This document shows positions 61,201-64,000 of a DNA stretch of 64,000 bases, in pieces; position 1 is the first letter of the stretch, and every line of letters starts with the position of its first letter. The DNA is from Iphione sp. A-MEVVRFRX5 (lineage: Eukaryota). Below the pieces are notes generated by a model. It searched no databases and was not told where the DNA came from. It worked only from the letters and a program-made list of their open reading frames with translations. The stretch covers positions 66,774,001-66,838,000 of the forward strand of contig OZ320313.1 in the NCBI GenBank assembly GCA_976226885.1, read 5' to 3'. Position numbers and translations under genes: made by a program.

Positions 61201-64000
61201 ATATGGAATGGCATCGGCTATCTTCTATTTAGTTCTCTTTACATTTAGTTTCATCTTCGAAGATCATCATGTCATGAAGTATATGCTGTATAATATATAT
61301 ATGCATATATACATTTATTTCAATATAGCAGCATCAACACATTAATACTACAGTATGTACATGTATTGAAGAAAGTACCGTAAAACACACTCTCCCGGAT
61401 AGGCAGTAAAATGGACGTTACATGCTATCTAACACAAATAGTTGGGAATCAGTCCCGTTTTTCCATAACAAGCGCCTTTGGCGTCCGCACTGGTTAGCCT
61501 GGGAATGGGGGAGGGGTCAAAGTACAGACTGATATAGCCTTTTACAACCCGGTTCTGCTTCACTGAAGAGAGGAGGGTAGGAATACACCACTCTGTGTAG
61601 AAAGTAGGGCCACATATGTCATATGCTTTTTAGTACATGTAATTGAAGCATTTTAAATATACAATAGATGAATAATCATCCTTCTTTTATCCTACAATAT
61701 CATTATGCATGAAGTCATAACAAAAATAATGAATTTTGGTATAATCACATCAGAATGAGATGGCAGCCTCCATGGCCGGACTACTTTCAGACAACGTTTT
61801 ATATAGGTAGTGTAATAACAGTGCCTCATAATCCGGACCCTCTCACCTGGTGGGCAGGTTCAGCTCAGTCCCTAGCACTGTCCACAATGTGGCGTTCCAA
61901 TGTAGATAGAATTATATTATAAAGTATCTTTGAAAGCGTTCGCTGTCTTCCATTTCCTTCCTGCAAATGCAGCTTTTTGTTATTAAACCATTGCAGTATA
62001 CGTTGTCCTCACTACCATGACCTTTTATTCACATGCTTTCTAAAACATTTGCAGGCAACTTCCAAAAGCTTTATTTTAAACATGTATTTTTGTGAGTGTG
62101 TGGCTTATAAAAGGGACGCTGTCAAGAGAGATACTTGAATATTTAAGTATTGGAGTCTAACTTCATATAACCCCTGGCCGATGACATTAAGTTTTATGTG
62201 TACCTTTTTTTAGAAATCTCTACATCCTCTGCAGTAGGATGCTCGAGACCCTTTATCAACAAGTTTCATGGGCGGTCTGTGTTCTCTTGCCACCACACAC
62301 AAGATTGATGCTATATGCCGAGTAGTTGTTGGCAGTCATATGTGTACAAAGCTATAAACGTTGTTGAGTGCTCGGTGACAGCCGCGCTCATGCACTCACT
62401 TTTAATGTATACAATGAACCTTTGGAAATGTTTTCTGTTAGTCTTATCTACACCATGACCTTCATTCCACAACAGGGGCGGCACACCTTGTCACGTTATG
62501 CAGTAGAAACCCTTAGAAGAATGCGAAGATTTCCTTTCTCTGAAAGTAACTGAAGCAAAAGGTATACACTTGTAGAATCTAGTTGGAAGTATGATCAACT
62601 AATGAATTGAGCTCAGAAGGCAGGCGGAAGGGAAAAGCATTGTTGAGACAAGGGAATATGACAATTTGGTGCCTGAAATTACATCAAATCACAATACCAA
62701 AATGCTGGTAAAACAAGTACCAATATAAAGGACCATTGATTGAAATATTAGGTCCTAGGTGTCTTACTTTGGGAGGAGATAGATGCACGAAATATCAATG
62801 GACATCTGCACAGAAGGCAAAATGGCAATCAGGGTAAACAACGTTGGAGGCGATTTTGTCCCTGGGTTTATAGATAATATGAATATACATGAACGTCCAT
62901 TAACATTGTTATGCATTAAGTAAACAATAAGAAAAGGAAACTAATATTGTTTAAGTTGACTGCTAGAGCTTATCCGGCCTCCTAGCCTTGTCTGGCTGCC
63001 AGACTTAACAAGGCAACCAAAGTTAGAGTATTATTAGGGTATTCCAACCGCCTGTATTTATGACAGCAAAGCACTTATTAGCTTATATCTTGTCTTTGTT
63101 CATTGTTTGCAAGTAACTATGTCAACATTTATATAAAAATAATTTTTTCCTTCTGTAGCATTCACTATCATTCAGTTTAGATAAGTTTACTCTTGCCATT
63201 TTATTTTGTGATCTTTATTGGTATTTTTCAGCATTCAATAACAAGGCACTGGGGAGACTGCAGTTTGGCCTGCACACTTGTTATTCCTTGAATTGTCACT
63301 GAGTTTAAATTAAGATGGCAACAGGATGGTCTGATCTTTGACCAATCTCTAGCAATGTGCTTCCCAATTGTAATTCAACAAAGTCGTATTGCTTGAAAAC
63401 TTTGGTAAGAAAGATACAAAAATAGACGAACAAGTATTATTAACTGGGTCAAATTGACTATGATTGGGCAAAAGTATGGCCCACAACAAAACAGTGACAC
63501 ACTGTTGTTGTGTCAGTGTTGAATTAAATCCTGCTGCAATTGCCTAAGAGGGTTCTTTCAGAAGTGGACTAGAAATTACATGTGTATTCTTAAGTATCAA
63601 GCAACCTTTCTCATTGGAAGCGTACGGACAAGAACTATTTAGAATCTAGGATGGACAATTGACCAATTTAAATTAATAATTATATGCAAGATCTTAAAAG
63701 AGCTAGATGTCTGTTTCCTTGAATATGAATTCAATCTACATGTTTCCAGCACATTACATATATAAATGTTACACTGATAGTTATGATAGAATTATTTGAC
63801 TTACGTATATGTGACTTGAAGCCACCATTCAACATGCTCTCCTAACGAGAGGTTCTTTTATGTCTGTAAATTTGCATTCACTAATCTCAGCCCATACAAC
63901 TTTAAAACACTCAAGTCACAGAAGAAAGTATACAGCTCTATTACAAGTATTATCAATCAGGCTATTAGGAAAACTTAGGCATAGCTAAAAAGAACTTGAG

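Noticed and set aside
59245-64000. Next TRPC exon (S2-S3 linker onward)
   Set aside because: No phase-1 acceptor followed by TRPC-like sequence found; the gene presumably continues beyond the window.

Overview
This is animal (invertebrate-type) genomic DNA: AT-rich, repeat-dense, with spliceosomal introns and one 148-nt N gap. The species cannot be determined from the sequence alone. One host gene is clear: the 5' half of a + strand TRPC-family (canonical transient receptor potential) cation channel. It has five well-supported coding exons (39904-40062, 54544-55035, 57026-57202, 58496-58660, 58968-59244) and a probable first coding exon (29304-29381). Together they splice into a 449-codon open frame covering ankyrin repeats, the TRP_2 zinc motif, pre-S1, S1 and S2; the rest of the gene lies beyond the window. 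Other identifiable features are mostly transposons. These include a near-intact RTE/BovB-like LINE split by one base in a T7 run and nested in a TTAA piggyBac-like non-autonomous element, and a decayed Ngaro/DIRS tyrosine-recombinase retrotransposon (gag-RT-RNase H-YR) interrupted by a MITE. Also present are a second DIRS fragment, several CR1/L2-type LINE relics, a probable Zisupton/KDZ transposase fossil and several MITE families. Most short ORFs in the supplied track are noise, antisense shadows or microsatellite artefacts. I found no demonstrably new biological system. The best leads are the RTE frameshift site, the Ngaro and KDZ elements, and the TRPC leader (uORF, X-box-like motif) and long S1-S2 loop. 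Family assignments come from motif recognition by eye, not database searches.
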